Shown in pieces: positions 26,175-36,446 of a stretch of 43,235 nucleotides of DNA (positions are counted from its first letter, which is position 1; each line of letters starts with the position of its first letter). The position numbers and the translations under genes were made by a program. The notes under the pieces are model-generated. The model was given only the letters and a program-made list of their open reading frames with translations. It searched no databases and was not told the origin of the DNA. Origin of the DNA: Actinomycetota bacterium (GTDB taxonomy: Bacteria; Actinomycetota; Humimicrobiia; Humimicrobiales; Humimicrobiaceae); the NCBI GenBank assembly GCA_023488645.1, contig JAMDDL010000162.1, positions 1 through 43,235 on the forward strand. Reading direction: 5' to 3'.

Positions 26175-27179
26175 TTGATTTATTCTGCTAAATTATCAGG
26201 AAAAATAATAAAACACATATTTTTAAATCGCCTTAAGGGAAATTATAAATTTCCATATGTCCTTATGCTTGAGCCTTTATTTAAATGTAACCTGAATTGC
26301 AAGGGCTGCGGGAGAATTAGAGAATATAAGGATATATTAAATAAAAGATTATCGTTAGAAGAATGCATGGATGCCGCTAAACAGGCAGGAGCACCAGTTG
26401 TTTCAATAACGGGCGGGGAGCCTCTTCTTCATCCGCAAATAAAGGAAATTATAAACTCACTCCTTGAGAAAAAATATTTTGTTTATCTCTGCACAAATGG
26501 TTTGCTTTTAAAAGATTTTTTAGATGAAATCAAGCCTGCAAATGAATTGAGTCTTGTCGTACACATTGATGGTCTGTCAAAAAATCATGACAGCTTATCA
26601 GGACAAAAAGATGTATTCTTCAAGGCAATGGAAGGTATAACTAAAGCTGTAAGGCTTAATTTTAAGGTACGAACAAACACAACAATTTATAAAAATTCAG
26701 ACATAAAGGAAATTTTAAATTTATTTTCTTTTCTGATGAAAACAGGAGTTCAAAGCGTTATGGTCTCCCCTGCTTTCAGTTATGAGCAGGTTGAAAATGA
26801 ATTGTTCTTAAATAAATTGGATACTCATAAAATATTTAAAGAAATTTACAATAATTTAAATGGTATAAAAATATATAACACTCCTCTTTATTGGGAATTT
26901 TTAACAGGAAAACGCACCCTGCAATGCACTCCATGGGCAAATCCTGCTTTTAATCCAAATGGATGGAAAAGCCCGTGCTATTTAATAACTGATTGCCATT
27001 ACTCTACTTATAGTGAATTTTTAAAAAATACGGATTGGGAAAAATATGGCACTGGAAAAGATCCGAGATGTGAAAATTGCATGATGCATAGCGGTTTTGA
27101 AGCAAGCTCAATAATGAGTATAAGGATAAATGATTTACTAAAAATAATTAAATGGAGCTTTACGGGCAGGATAAAATGA
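26175..27179 (+). CDS. hpnH: Adenosyl-hopene transferase HpnH (radical SAM)
   Basis: 334 aa. It carries YVLMLEPLFKCNLNCKGCGRI (the HpnH-type CX3CX2C context) and a Cys-rich C-terminal domain (CENCMMHSGFE). Confidence 0.8.
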   Translation: MIYSAKLSGKIIKHIFLNRLKGNYKFPYVLMLEPLFKCNLNCKGCGRIREYKDILNKRLSLEECMDAAKQAGAPVVSITGGEPLLHPQIKEIINSLLEKKYFVYLCTNGLLLKDFLDEIKPANELSLVVHIDGLSKNHDSLSGQKDVFFKAMEGITKAVRLNFKVRTNTTIYKNSDIKEILNLFSFLMKTGVQSVMVSPAFSYEQVENELFLNKLDTHKIFKEIYNNLNGIKIYNTPLYWEFLTGKRTLQCTPWANPAFNPNGWKSPCYLITDCHYSTYSEFLKNTDWEKYGTGKDPRCENCMMHSGFEASSIMSIRINDLLKIIKWSFTGRIK

Positions 27180-28198
27180 AAGTTTTACTTACAGGTGCAA
27201 CAGGTTTTATCGGAGGGAACATTGCACGCAAACTTTGTGAAAACGGTTTTGAAACTAAGGTGCTGGTAAGAGAAAACAGTAATATTTTAAACATTGAAAA
27301 ATTACCTGTAATAATTTCTTATGGTGATCTTTGCGATAAAAACTCTCTTCAAAAAGCATTAAAAGGTTGTAATGGTTTATTCCATACCGCTGCCAAGTAT
27401 TCTTTCTGGGCAAAAAACCCTGAGAGTTTCTATAAAGTAAACGTTGAGGGAACAAAAAATATAATTAATGCAGCTATTGAAGCAGGTGTTGAAAAAATAG
27501 TATATACAAGCAGTGAATCTACCATTAAGCTGCCTGGAAAGAATGAATCAAGCAATAAAAGTAATAAAAACAATCAAAAAATAAACCATTACGAGATAGA
27601 TGATATCAATTGTGTTGCTGGTGATTACAAAAAATCAAAAATTCTTGCTGAATTAGAAGTTTTAAAAATGATTGAAAAAAAATGGCCTGTAATAATAATA
27701 AATCCTACTACCCCTATAGGACCAGGGGATGTTAAACCTACTCCAACGGGCAAAATTATCCTGGATTATTTAAATAGAGAAATGCCGGCTTATGTAAATA
27801 CAGGTTTAAACATTGTGGATGTTGAAGATGTTGCCATAGGGCACATCCTTGCATTTCAAAAAGCTAAGATTGGTAAGAGATATATTATTGGAAATAAAAA
27901 TTTAACACTTAAACAAATATTTGAAATCCTCGAGAATATTACAAAAATAAAAGCTCCAAAAGTTGAAATCCCACTATGGATTGCGAAGTTACTTGGATAC
28001 ATAGATGAATTTTTTTCCGGAAAAGTTTTAAAAAAATATCCAAAAATACCTGTAGCGGCTGTTAAAGCTGCTTACAAATATAGATTCTTTGACTGTTCTA
28101 AAGATATTGAAGAACTTGGAATTGAACTTACACCTGTAGAAATATCATTTGAAAAAGCTATTAAATGGTTTAAGGACAACAGATATGTCAAAAATTGA
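27176..28198 (+). CDS. hpnA: Hopanoid-associated NAD-dependent sugar epimerase/reductase HpnA
   Basis: The start is the ATG overlapping the hpnH stop (ATGA at 27176..27179). The N-terminus is MKVLLTGATGFIGGNI, and the SDR catalytic YxxxK is YKKSK. Confidence 0.7.
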   Translation: MKVLLTGATGFIGGNIARKLCENGFETKVLVRENSNILNIEKLPVIISYGDLCDKNSLQKALKGCNGLFHTAAKYSFWAKNPESFYKVNVEGTKNIINAAIEAGVEKIVYTSSESTIKLPGKNESSNKSNKNNQKINHYEIDDINCVAGDYKKSKILAELEVLKMIEKKWPVIIINPTTPIGPGDVKPTPTGKIILDYLNREMPAYVNTGLNIVDVEDVAIGHILAFQKAKIGKRYIIGNKNLTLKQIFEILENITKIKAPKVEIPLWIAKLLGYIDEFFSGKVLKKYPKIPVAAVKAAYKYRFFDCSKDIEELGIELTPVEISFEKAIKWFKDNRYVKN

Positions 28199-30107
28199 TT
28201 TAAAAAAGCTAAATGCCTGTATATCTGATGCTAAAAATTATTTATTATCACTACAGCAAAATGAGGGATACTGGGCTGGTATCCTCGAAGCTGATGTCAG
28301 TGTAGTTGCAGGTTTTATACCACTCTTAAGGTTTTTAGGTATAAGAGACAGAGAAAAGGATAAAAAAGCTTATAATTATTTACTTGAAAGACAGAACAAT
28401 GACGGATCCTGGAGTCTTTACTTTAAAGGATCCGGAAGTCTGGATGTTACTGTTCAATCATATTTCTGTTTGAAGATGATTGGAGTATCTCCCGAAAAAG
28501 AATTCATGCAAAAAGCCAGAAATTTTATTTTAGATAGCGGTGGAATTGAAAATACAAACACTTATACTAAAATAATACTTGCTTTATTTGGTCAATATCC
28601 ATGGAATGGCCTTCCTGTAATACCGCCTGAGATAATTTTATTACCCAATTGGTTTTATATAAATATCTATGATTTTTCAAGCTGGACAAGGGCGACAATA
28701 ATGGCTTTCAGTATTATTCTCACGTTAAAACCCATATATAAAATAAGTAAGGATGAAAACATTTTTGAGTTATACAGGGATCAGAAAAATATTTACTGCG
28801 GAACAACTATCAGAAAAAGAAAATTTTTTGATCTCGAAACAATTTTTATTCTTTTTAATGAGGCACTCAAATTATGGGAAAAAATACCATCAAAAGCTAA
28901 ATTTGGAAGAAGAAATGCTTTAAAAAAAGTTGAAAAATGGATACTGGAGCACCAGGAAGAAGATGGGAGCTGGGGTGGTATAATGCTGCCATGGCTTTTT
29001 TCACTAATAGCCTTAAAATGCCTTGGTTATAAAAATGACCATCCGGTAATTAAAAAAGGTCTTGAAGGTTTGGATAATTTTGTAATTAAAGATACAAATA
29101 TAATTATCTTACAACCAGCCACCTCCCCAATCTGGGATACGGCTTGGGCAATAATTGCTATCGCCGGGTCCGGGATCAATGAAAATTATGCTGCTTTAAA
29201 AAAAGCAGCAAACTGGCTTTTAAAAAAACAGGTAAAAATTAATGGGGACTGGAAGATAAAAAATCCACATATCAATCCAGGCTGCTGGTCATTTGAGTTC
29301 TATAATAATTTCTACCCTGACATAGATGATACTGCAATAGTTTGCTATGCACTTCACTTAGTAGATTCTGATGATAATTACGCCAAAAGTGAAGCAATAA
29401 AATCAGGGATTGAATGGGTAATTAACATGCAAAATAGTAATGGCAGTTGGGCTGCTTTTGATAGAAATAACAACAAAAAGCTATTAAGGCATATCCCCTA
29501 TGCAGATTTTATAACTCCTGTTGACTTTGGAAGCCCGGACATTACTGCTCATGTTATCGCTGTGCTTGGACAATTAGGATATTCAAAAGACTTTAAACCA
29601 AATAAAAAAGCTCTAAAATACTTAATTGAGACTCAGGAAAAAGATGGAAGCTGGTATGGCAGATGGGGTGTTAATTATATTTACGGTACAAGTAAGGTTC
29701 TCCAGTCATATGAATCTTTGAAATTATTAAATAATTTTTCCGATCCTTTGCTAAATTCATCAATCAGCAAGGCATTAAGCTGGCTTGAAAAATGTCAGAA
29801 TAAAGATGGTGGTTGGGGGGAAAGCTGCCTATCCTATGAAACAGGAAAATATGTTCCCTTAGGTGAAAGCACAGCTTCGCAAACATCCTGGGCAGTTACA
29901 GGATTATTAGCTATTGATAAAAAAAATCCAGCTATTGATAAAGGTATTGACTTTCTGATTAATACACAGAATAGAAATGGAAGCTGGGATGAAGAATATT
30001 ACACTGGTGGAGGTTTTCCAGGAACATTTTATCTTAAATATGAACTGTATAAAGATTACTTTCCTTTAATAGCATTACTGAAATATAGAAATAGCCTTGA
30101 AGAATAA
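28185..30107 (+). CDS. shc: Squalene-hopene cyclase
   Basis: The catalytic DxDDTA motif reads PDIDDTAIV. There are multiple QW repeats (QNNDGSW, QEEDGSWGG, QNSNGSW, QEKDGSWYGRWG, QNKDGGWGE, QNRNGSW). ATG 28185 is preferred over TTG 28149. Confidence 0.9.
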   Translation: MSKIDLKKLNACISDAKNYLLSLQQNEGYWAGILEADVSVVAGFIPLLRFLGIRDREKDKKAYNYLLERQNNDGSWSLYFKGSGSLDVTVQSYFCLKMIGVSPEKEFMQKARNFILDSGGIENTNTYTKIILALFGQYPWNGLPVIPPEIILLPNWFYINIYDFSSWTRATIMAFSIILTLKPIYKISKDENIFELYRDQKNIYCGTTIRKRKFFDLETIFILFNEALKLWEKIPSKAKFGRRNALKKVEKWILEHQEEDGSWGGIMLPWLFSLIALKCLGYKNDHPVIKKGLEGLDNFVIKDTNIIILQPATSPIWDTAWAIIAIAGSGINENYAALKKAANWLLKKQVKINGDWKIKNPHINPGCWSFEFYNNFYPDIDDTAIVCYALHLVDSDDNYAKSEAIKSGIEWVINMQNSNGSWAAFDRNNNKKLLRHIPYADFITPVDFGSPDITAHVIAVLGQLGYSKDFKPNKKALKYLIETQEKDGSWYGRWGVNYIYGTSKVLQSYESLKLLNNFSDPLLNSSISKALSWLEKCQNKDGGWGESCLSYETGKYVPLGESTASQTSWAVTGLLAIDKKNPAIDKGIDFLINTQNRNGSWDEEYYTGGGFPGTFYLKYELYKDYFPLIALLKYRNSLEE

Positions 30108-30140
30108 TGATAAATTAAAAATATAAATGGTGAATTTTAT

Positions 30141-30620
30141 TTGAAAAAAAGACTTTTAAAAAATAAAAAAGTACAAAAAAAGATAGATGATATTAATTTT
30201 GAGGATAGAGTCCTGCTTTTACCTCACTGCTTAAGACCAAGTAAATCATGCAGCGCAAAAATGAGTAAAAATGGCCTTATCTGTAAAGATGATTGCAATA
30301 TTGATTGTTCAATAGGACATTTAAGAAAACTTGCTGAAAAATTGGGATACAAGGGTATCTGTATTGCACCAGGAGGTGCAATGACAATAAGGTTTATTAT
30401 AGAAAATCAGCCTAAGGGAATTGTGGCAATAGCCTGCAGAAAAGAGCTCGAAGAAGGTATTGAAGCAATAAATGAAATTACTAAAAAAAATAAATTAAAC
30501 GGCAATATGCCTGCAATTGCTGTTGTGCCATTAATCAAAGATGGATGTGTTGATACAATTGTTGATCTGGAAGAAGCAAAACGGATTGTCATGTTAAAAA
30601 AAGAGGTTAACAAAAAATGA
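30141..30620 (+). CDS. Cys-rich DUF116-like protein, function unknown
   Basis: 159 aa with a TTG start. Recalled DUF116-type segments are LLLPHCLRPSKSC, CNIDCSIG, IAPGG and IVAIACRKEL. I see no TM helices. Its stop overlaps the ispE start (ATGA). Confidence 0.5.
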   Translation: MKKRLLKNKKVQKKIDDINFEDRVLLLPHCLRPSKSCSAKMSKNGLICKDDCNIDCSIGHLRKLAEKLGYKGICIAPGGAMTIRFIIENQPKGIVAIACRKELEEGIEAINEITKKNKLNGNMPAIAVVPLIKDGCVDTIVDLEEAKRIVMLKKEVNKK

Positions 30621-31531
30621 TATGCGAAATTGCACCTGCAAAAATAAATCTGACACTTGAAATTTTAAATAAGAGAAATGATGGATATCATGAAATAAAA
30701 TCAGTTATGCAGACTATTGACATATGTGATGTTTTAACTTTTTGGGAAAACGAATGGATACAAGTTATCCCTGAATACAGCAATCTTCCGCCAGAGGACA
30801 CTTTGCCCGATTTTGATAATTTTAATTATTTTAGCAACAATCTTGTTTACAGAGCTGCTATGGTTTTAAGAGAATTAACCGGATATAAAGATGGGGCAGT
30901 TATTCAACTTAAAAAAAATATTCCATCTTCTGCTGGTTTAGGTGGTGGCTCAAGCGATGCGGCTGCTACACTAAAGGGTTTAAATAAATTGTGGAATTTA
31001 AAATTATCAACTAAAGAATTGGCTGAAATTGGTTCAAAAATAGGTTCTGACATACCATTTTTTATTTATGGTGGAACTTGTCTTGCAACAGGACGGGGTG
31101 AAATCATAGAAAAAATAAAACCCTTACCAAAAAAGTGGCTTGGTATTATTTTGCTTCCTTTAAAAATTCCGGAAAAGACTAAAAAAATATATTCTCATAT
31201 TACTTCAATAAACTACTCATCAGGTGAAACAACAACTGTTCTGGTAGAAAATATTAAAAATGGTCATAATGAAAATAAACTGGATCATTTTAACGGGAAA
31301 TTTGAAAATTTTATTTTTAATGTTTTTGAAATGGTATATAAAAATAGTTTTAAAGAATATAATGACTGGACTGAAAAATTAAATAATATCATTAACAAAC
31401 CATTCCATTTATCAGGTAGCGGACCATCTATATTTTATATTTCAAATTCAGAATTTGAAATTAAAGAAATAATTAAAGAGATTAAGGAAGAATTAAATTT
31501 AAATAAATATATAGCTCAGACAGTACCCTGA
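30617..31531 (+). CDS. ispE: 4-diphosphocytidyl-2-C-methyl-D-erythritol kinase
   Basis: 304 aa. The N-terminus contains APAKINLTLEIL and the GHMP kinase motif is IPSSAGLGGGSSDAAATL. Confidence 0.85.
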   Translation: MICEIAPAKINLTLEILNKRNDGYHEIKSVMQTIDICDVLTFWENEWIQVIPEYSNLPPEDTLPDFDNFNYFSNNLVYRAAMVLRELTGYKDGAVIQLKKNIPSSAGLGGGSSDAAATLKGLNKLWNLKLSTKELAEIGSKIGSDIPFFIYGGTCLATGRGEIIEKIKPLPKKWLGIILLPLKIPEKTKKIYSHITSINYSSGETTTVLVENIKNGHNENKLDHFNGKFENFIFNVFEMVYKNSFKEYNDWTEKLNNIINKPFHLSGSGPSIFYISNSEFEIKEIIKEIKEELNLNKYIAQTVP

Positions 31532-31532
31532 T

Positions 31533-32102
31533 ATGACATTTAAAGAAAAAAGCAAAGCAACTAAGAATAAAATATTAGAATCAGCAATTTCAATCTTTTC
31601 TATAAAAGATTATGAAAAAACAGACATAAATGAAATATGTGAAAAAGCCTGTATCTCAAAGGGCGCATTTTATTACCATTTTAATAGCAAGCAGGATCTA
31701 TTATTAGCTCTTTTAAACCAATGGATGGATAGTATTGCAGATATTCTTGATAAAGCAGATAAAGAATCAAAGGATTTAGCTTCCACTTTAATCAATTTAC
31801 CCGATAAATTGAAATCTGCTTTTACAAAAGATCTTAATCAAATAACAATATTTCTGCAATTTTATATCAAAGGTATATCAGACCCGGCACTTAAAGATAC
31901 AGTTAAGACTTCTTATGAAAATTTTTTAGACTTCTTTTCGGGAATTATAAATAAGTCAGGTGCTAAAAAATTTAATCCAAGAAAAACTTCAAGAATACTT
32001 TTTGCGCTTACAATCGGACTTTTAACACAGGGTTTAATTGATCCTGAAGGCGAAGATTGGGAGAATTTTGCACGGGAATGTATAGAATTCTTTGTGACTT
32101 AA
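31533..32102 (+). CDS. TetR-family transcriptional regulator
   Basis: 189 aa. The N-terminal HTH region is ILESAISIFSIKDYEKTDINEICEKACISKGAFYYHFNSKQDLL. Confidence 0.8.
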   Translation: MTFKEKSKATKNKILESAISIFSIKDYEKTDINEICEKACISKGAFYYHFNSKQDLLLALLNQWMDSIADILDKADKESKDLASTLINLPDKLKSAFTKDLNQITIFLQFYIKGISDPALKDTVKTSYENFLDFFSGIINKSGAKKFNPRKTSRILFALTIGLLTQGLIDPEGEDWENFARECIEFFVT

Positions 32103-32172
32103 ATATTTAACTGCATCATCTAAAACTGCATTGCTTTTATATGATCTGCTTCTGTTGTTTACAATTATTTCC

Positions 32173-33462
32173 TTATATTTCTGCAAAGGACTCTCTTGCA
32201 GCTTCGAGTGTTGTTTTTATATCCTCTTCACTATGTGCTAAAGACATAAATAAAGTTTCAAATGGAGAAGGCGCAAAATAAACACCTCTTTTAAGCATTG
32301 ACCAGAAAAAACTGGAGTATTTATCCAGATCTGAATTAACAGCAGTATTGTAGTCTATGACCTGCTTTTCAGTAAAAAAAATAGATAGCATGCTTCCTGC
32401 ACTGTTTATTCTTACATTTATCCCTGTTTCACTTGCTGCCGCTTGCAACCCTTCCGTTAATTCTTTCGTACGGCTAAACAACTGTTCATACACTCCAGGT
32501 CTCTGTAAAATCCTGATTGTGGCTAATCCGGCACTCATCGCCAGGGGATTTCCTGAAAGGGTTCCTGCCTGATAAACTGGCCCAGTTGGTGAAATCATCT
32601 CCATAATTTCTTTTTTACCTCCATAAGCACCCACCGGCAATCCCCCGCCAATAACTTTACCAAGACATGTAATATCCGGATCTATTTTGTATAATTTTTG
32701 AGCTCCACCCAAACCCACTCTGAATCCACTCATTACCTCATCAAAAATAAGCAGTGCTCCATAGTCTTTGGTAATTTCTCTTAACCCTTCCAGAAAGCCT
32801 GAAACTGGAGGAATACATCCCATGTTGCCTGCTACCGGTTCTACTATAACTGCTGCGATATTTTCCCCTTCCTGTCTAAATATTTCATTAACCATATCAA
32901 AATTATTGTAGGAAGCAATGATTGTATTTTTTGCAACATCCGGAAGAACACCGGGGCTGATTGGTATTCCTAAAGTTAATGCACCGGATCCCGCTTTAAT
33001 TAAAAAAGAATCTGCGTGGCCATGATAGCAGCCTTCAAATTTAATTACTTTATTCTTTTTAGTATAGCCGCGGGCGAGACGCAAAGCACTCATTGTGGCC
33101 TCGGTACCGGAATTAACCATTCTGACCATCTCTATTGAAGGGACAGCATCAATAATTAACTTCGCCAGTTCAGTTTCTAATTTGGTTGGAGCACCAAAAC
33201 TTATACCTGTTGCCAAAGTATCCGTTATAGCTTCCACTACTTCAGGATGCAGATGCCCAAGTATTAATGGACCCCAGGATCCGACATAGTCAATGTATCC
33301 ATTTCCATCCACATCATAAATCTTAGAGCCTTTCCCGCTTTTTATGAACACAGGCTCTCCGCCGACACCTTTAAATGCCCTTACAGGACTGTTAACTCCT
33401 CCCGGAATACACTTTTTTGCCTGCTGGTAGTACTCACTGGATTTTTCAAATCCTTTGTGCAT
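32173..33462 (-). CDS. hemL: Glutamate-1-semialdehyde 2,1-aminomutase
   Basis: The ORF-track TTG (33477) contains the SD. The real start is ATG 33462, 5 nt after GGAGG. Motifs are [12 protein letters not shown] and the PLP-lysine region [10 protein letters not shown]. Confidence 0.9.
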   Translation of the reverse strand: MHKGFEKSSEYYQQAKKCIPGGVNSPVRAFKGVGGEPVFIKSGKGSKIYDVDGNGYIDYVGSWGPLILGHLHPEVVEAITDTLATGISFGAPTKLETELAKLIIDAVPSIEMVRMVNSGTEATMSALRLARGYTKKNKVIKFEGCYHGHADSFLIKAGSGALTLGIPISPGVLPDVAKNTIIASYNNFDMVNEIFRQEGENIAAVIVEPVAGNMGCIPPVSGFLEGLREITKDYGALLIFDEVMSGFRVGLGGAQKLYKIDPDITCLGKVIGGGLPVGAYGGKKEIMEMISPTGPVYQAGTLSGNPLAMSAGLATIRILQRPGVYEQLFSRTKELTEGLQAAASETGINVRINSAGSMLSIFFTEKQVIDYNTAVNSDLDKYSSFFWSMLKRGVYFAPSPFETLFMSLAHSEEDIKTTLEAARESFAEI

Positions 33463-33487
33463 AAAATCCTCCTTCAATTAAAGAGCA

Positions 33488-33967
33488 CTATGTAAAATAT
33501 TTTATACTGCTTTTCTTTAACTCTTCTATAGTAAACAACAACTTATATTTATCAACTTTAACAACTCTGGCTATTTTTTCAACAATCTGCCGGCATTGTT
33601 TTCTGGTTTTCCCATGTATCATGGTAAATAAATTATACTGCCAATCAGCATTGCGGGGCCGTTGATAACAATGGGAGACTTCGGCAAACTGCGTCATTAA
33701 CCGCCCTGCTTCTTCTATACGCTCATCATCAACATCCCATGCAACCATAGCATTGGCAATAAAGCCTACTTTTTTGTGGTTTAGTGTTGCTCCAAATCGT
33801 CTTATTATACCCATGGCAACATATTCTTCGATTTTATCAAGAAGCCTTTTTTCAGTTATTCCCAGCTTATCAGCAATTAATTTAAAGGGTTTCTCAACTA
33901 AAGGCAGGTCATCCTGCAATACTTTAATAATTGTAATATCTAATTCAGACAACATTTTACACTTCAT
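33488..33967 (-). CDS. ahbB: AsnC/Lrp-fold siroheme decarboxylase subunit (AhbA/AhbB, NirD/L/G/H-like)
   Basis: 159 aa with N-terminal LDITIIKVLQDDLPLVEKPFKLIADKLGITEKRLLDKI. An alternative start is ATG 33955. The A-versus-B assignment is arbitrary. Confidence 0.65.
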   Translation of the reverse strand: MKCKMLSELDITIIKVLQDDLPLVEKPFKLIADKLGITEKRLLDKIEEYVAMGIIRRFGATLNHKKVGFIANAMVAWDVDDERIEEAGRLMTQFAEVSHCYQRPRNADWQYNLFTMIHGKTRKQCRQIVEKIARVVKVDKYKLLFTIEELKKSSIKYFT

Positions 33968-34448
33968 TTACATTAAAGATGGCATTTATCTTAAAAACTT
34001 TAACAGCAGGCAAATTTATAATGTCTTCAATTCCCGTATCCCGTCTAATTTCCATAAATATACGGTTTATTGCTTCATTGTCGGGAGCAATAAGTGTAAA
34101 CCACATGTTATACTTGTGTTTCCGCAGGTAATTATGAGTTACATCAGGAATTGAATTAATAATCTCTGCAACTTCATTGATGTTTGATTTTGGGACCTTA
34201 ATAGCACACAAGGTGCTTTCATAGCCAAGCTTTTTGGAGTCAAAAATCACACCTAATCTTCTAATAATTCCCTTTTTTTTAAAGTAATTTATTTTAGAAA
34301 TTACATCCTTCTCGGATATTCCAAGTCTTCGGGCTAGCTTTAAATAGGGTCTGCTGTCAACAGGAAAATTATCCTGGATAAGGTTTAACAGTTTTCTATC
34401 AATATTATCCACTTGTTTTACACACCCCGTCTTTCCTGGTAGATGCAC
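33957..34448 (-). CDS. ahbA: AsnC/Lrp-fold siroheme decarboxylase subunit (AhbA/AhbB)
   Basis: 163 aa with IDRKLLNLIQDNFPVDSRPYLKLARRLGISEKDVISKI. It is a paralogue of the adjacent gene. GTG 34412 is a possible alternative start. Confidence 0.65.
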   Translation of the reverse strand: MHLPGKTGCVKQVDNIDRKLLNLIQDNFPVDSRPYLKLARRLGISEKDVISKINYFKKKGIIRRLGVIFDSKKLGYESTLCAIKVPKSNINEVAEIINSIPDVTHNYLRKHKYNMWFTLIAPDNEAINRIFMEIRRDTGIEDIINLPAVKVFKINAIFNVNEV

Positions 34449-35413
34449 CAGGGATCTTCCGCCATATAATCTCCGTCATTATAAAAAGCCGCTCTTGCCC
34501 TGCAGCCTCCGCATATTTTCTGGTAACGGCAAGTCCCGCAGCCACCTTTATATTCACAGGTGCGAAGTTTCTTAAACACCTTGCTGCCGGACCAGATTTC
34601 GCTAAAAGGAGTTTTTCGCACATTTCCTGCTTCAATATCCAAATATGCACATGGCTGCACCTTTCCTTCAGGACTTATTATGCAATAGGCTATTCCTGCC
34701 AGGCAGCCTCTGCCAAAGCGTAAATCCATCCCCATTTCTTTAGCGATACATATGAACTGGGGAGCACAGACAGGCTTTATTTCTATTTTTACTTCTCGCT
34801 GTTTTTCCATTAGTTTAACAAGCAAGTCTTCATATTGCCTGGCTCTTAAGGACTCTTCTTCAATATTTTTAGCCCTGCCTGCTGGTACGAGGAAAAATAT
34901 ATGATGAGCAACAGCCCCTGTTTCAACTGCAAAATCTGCAATATCTAATACTTCATGCTGGTTCCAATCCATTACAGTTGTGTGAATCTGAAAAGGCAGC
35001 TGTACTTCCCTGCAGTACTTCATGCCCCGTACTGCTTTATCCCATGCACCAGGATACCCTCTTAGCATGTCATGCTTTCTCCTTTTTATGCTGTCCAAGC
35101 TTATTCCTATTCGCATAACACCCGAATCTTTTAATTTCTGCGCTATTTTTTTAGTAATAAGGACCCCATTGGAACCCAAAACAGGTCTCAGGCTTAATTT
35201 TCTTGAATGTTCTATCAATTCATAAATATCAGAACGCATTAACGGCTCTCCACCACTGAAGATCATGATTTTAAATCCTGCTTTAGCAATTTCATCAAGT
35301 AGCAATTTACCTTCTCCGGTGGTTAATTCTTTACTGGCTTTTACTCCGGCATCTCTATAGCAATGCCTGCAAAACATATTACACTGGTTAGTGGTGTTCC
35401 AGGAAATTATCAT
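34418..35413 (-). CDS. ahbD: NirJ-family radical-SAM/SPASM enzyme, AhbD-like (haem b synthase)
   Basis: 331 aa. The CX3CX2C motif is TNQCNMFCRHCY and the C-terminal cysteines are CGTCRYQKICGGCRARA. The AhbD-versus-AhbC call is by length only. Confidence 0.6.
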   Translation of the reverse strand: MIISWNTTNQCNMFCRHCYRDAGVKASKELTTGEGKLLLDEIAKAGFKIMIFSGGEPLMRSDIYELIEHSRKLSLRPVLGSNGVLITKKIAQKLKDSGVMRIGISLDSIKRRKHDMLRGYPGAWDKAVRGMKYCREVQLPFQIHTTVMDWNQHEVLDIADFAVETGAVAHHIFFLVPAGRAKNIEEESLRARQYEDLLVKLMEKQREVKIEIKPVCAPQFICIAKEMGMDLRFGRGCLAGIAYCIISPEGKVQPCAYLDIEAGNVRKTPFSEIWSGSKVFKKLRTCEYKGGCGTCRYQKICGGCRARAAFYNDGDYMAEDPWCIYQERRGV

Positions 35414-36415
35414 TTATAACCCGCCTTCAGCAACATTTTCAACATCTTTTTTTATCCATCCTGCCACCTCTTTTGCAAAATAAGTAATAATTATATTTGC
35501 CCCGGCTCTTTTTATACTGAGCAATATCTCTTCGATAACTTTCCGTTCATCTATCCAGCCTCTCATAGCTGCAGCTTTAACCATGGAATACTCACCACTG
35601 ACATTGTAAGCTGCTACCGGGTAACCAAGCTCCTTAATTCTTCGAATTATATCTAAATAGGCAAGAGCAGGCTTAACCATAACAATATCAGCTCCTTCTT
35701 CAATATCAAGCCGGGTTTCCCTGACAGCCTCATCACTATTGGCTATATCCATCTGATAACCGAGACGGTTACCAAATCGGGGTGCAGAACCAGCTGCTTC
35801 CCTAAAAGGACCATAAAAAGCTGAAGCATATTTGGCTGAATAAGCCATAATAGGAATATTAATAAAGGAGTTGGCATCCAAAGCTTTTCTTATCGACCCG
35901 ACCATGCCATCCATCATAGCAGAAGGGGCAACCATATCAGCACCGGCATAAGCATGTGAAACAGCTATTTTAGCAAGCAATTCTAAAGTCGGATCATTTA
36001 ACACTTCACCGTCACTGTTTATAACTCCACAATGTCCATGGATAGTAAATTCACACAGACAAACATCTGTAATGACTGCTATATCCGGGAAATTCTTTTT
36101 AATTGCTCTGACAGCATTCTGAACAACTCCCTGATCAGAATATGCCTGCGTACCTGATTCATCCTTTTGCCCGGGAATGCCAAACAGAAGTACTGCAGGA
36201 ATGCCGACTTTTATTGCTCCCTCAACTTCCTTCAATAAATTGTCACAAGAAAGCTGGTAGATACCTGGCATTGAAATTACAGGATTTTTTATATTTTTAC
36301 CCTCCGCTACAAACAGAGGATATACTAAATTATTGATTTGAAGTGAACTTTCACGCACAATTTTACGCAACTTTTCATTTTGTCTTATCCTTCTTAGTCT
36401 TATTACTGGAAACAA
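35414..36415 (-). CDS. hemB: Porphobilinogen synthase (Zn-type)
   Basis: The ORF-track start (36568) runs 122 nt into the upstream gene. TTG 36415, 8 nt after a perfect AGGAGG, gives [23 protein letters not shown], the canonical HemB N-terminus. The Zn-binding Cys triad is [11 protein letters not shown]. Confidence 0.9.
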   Translation of the reverse strand: MFPVIRLRRIRQNEKLRKIVRESSLQINNLVYPLFVAEGKNIKNPVISMPGIYQLSCDNLLKEVEGAIKVGIPAVLLFGIPGQKDESGTQAYSDQGVVQNAVRAIKKNFPDIAVITDVCLCEFTIHGHCGVINSDGEVLNDPTLELLAKIAVSHAYAGADMVAPSAMMDGMVGSIRKALDANSFINIPIMAYSAKYASAFYGPFREAAGSAPRFGNRLGYQMDIANSDEAVRETRLDIEEGADIVMVKPALAYLDIIRRIKELGYPVAAYNVSGEYSMVKAAAMRGWIDERKVIEEILLSIKRAGANIIITYFAKEVAGWIKKDVENVAEGGL

Positions 36416-36446
36416 TTTTTTTACCTCCTGTACTTTATAAAACTGA

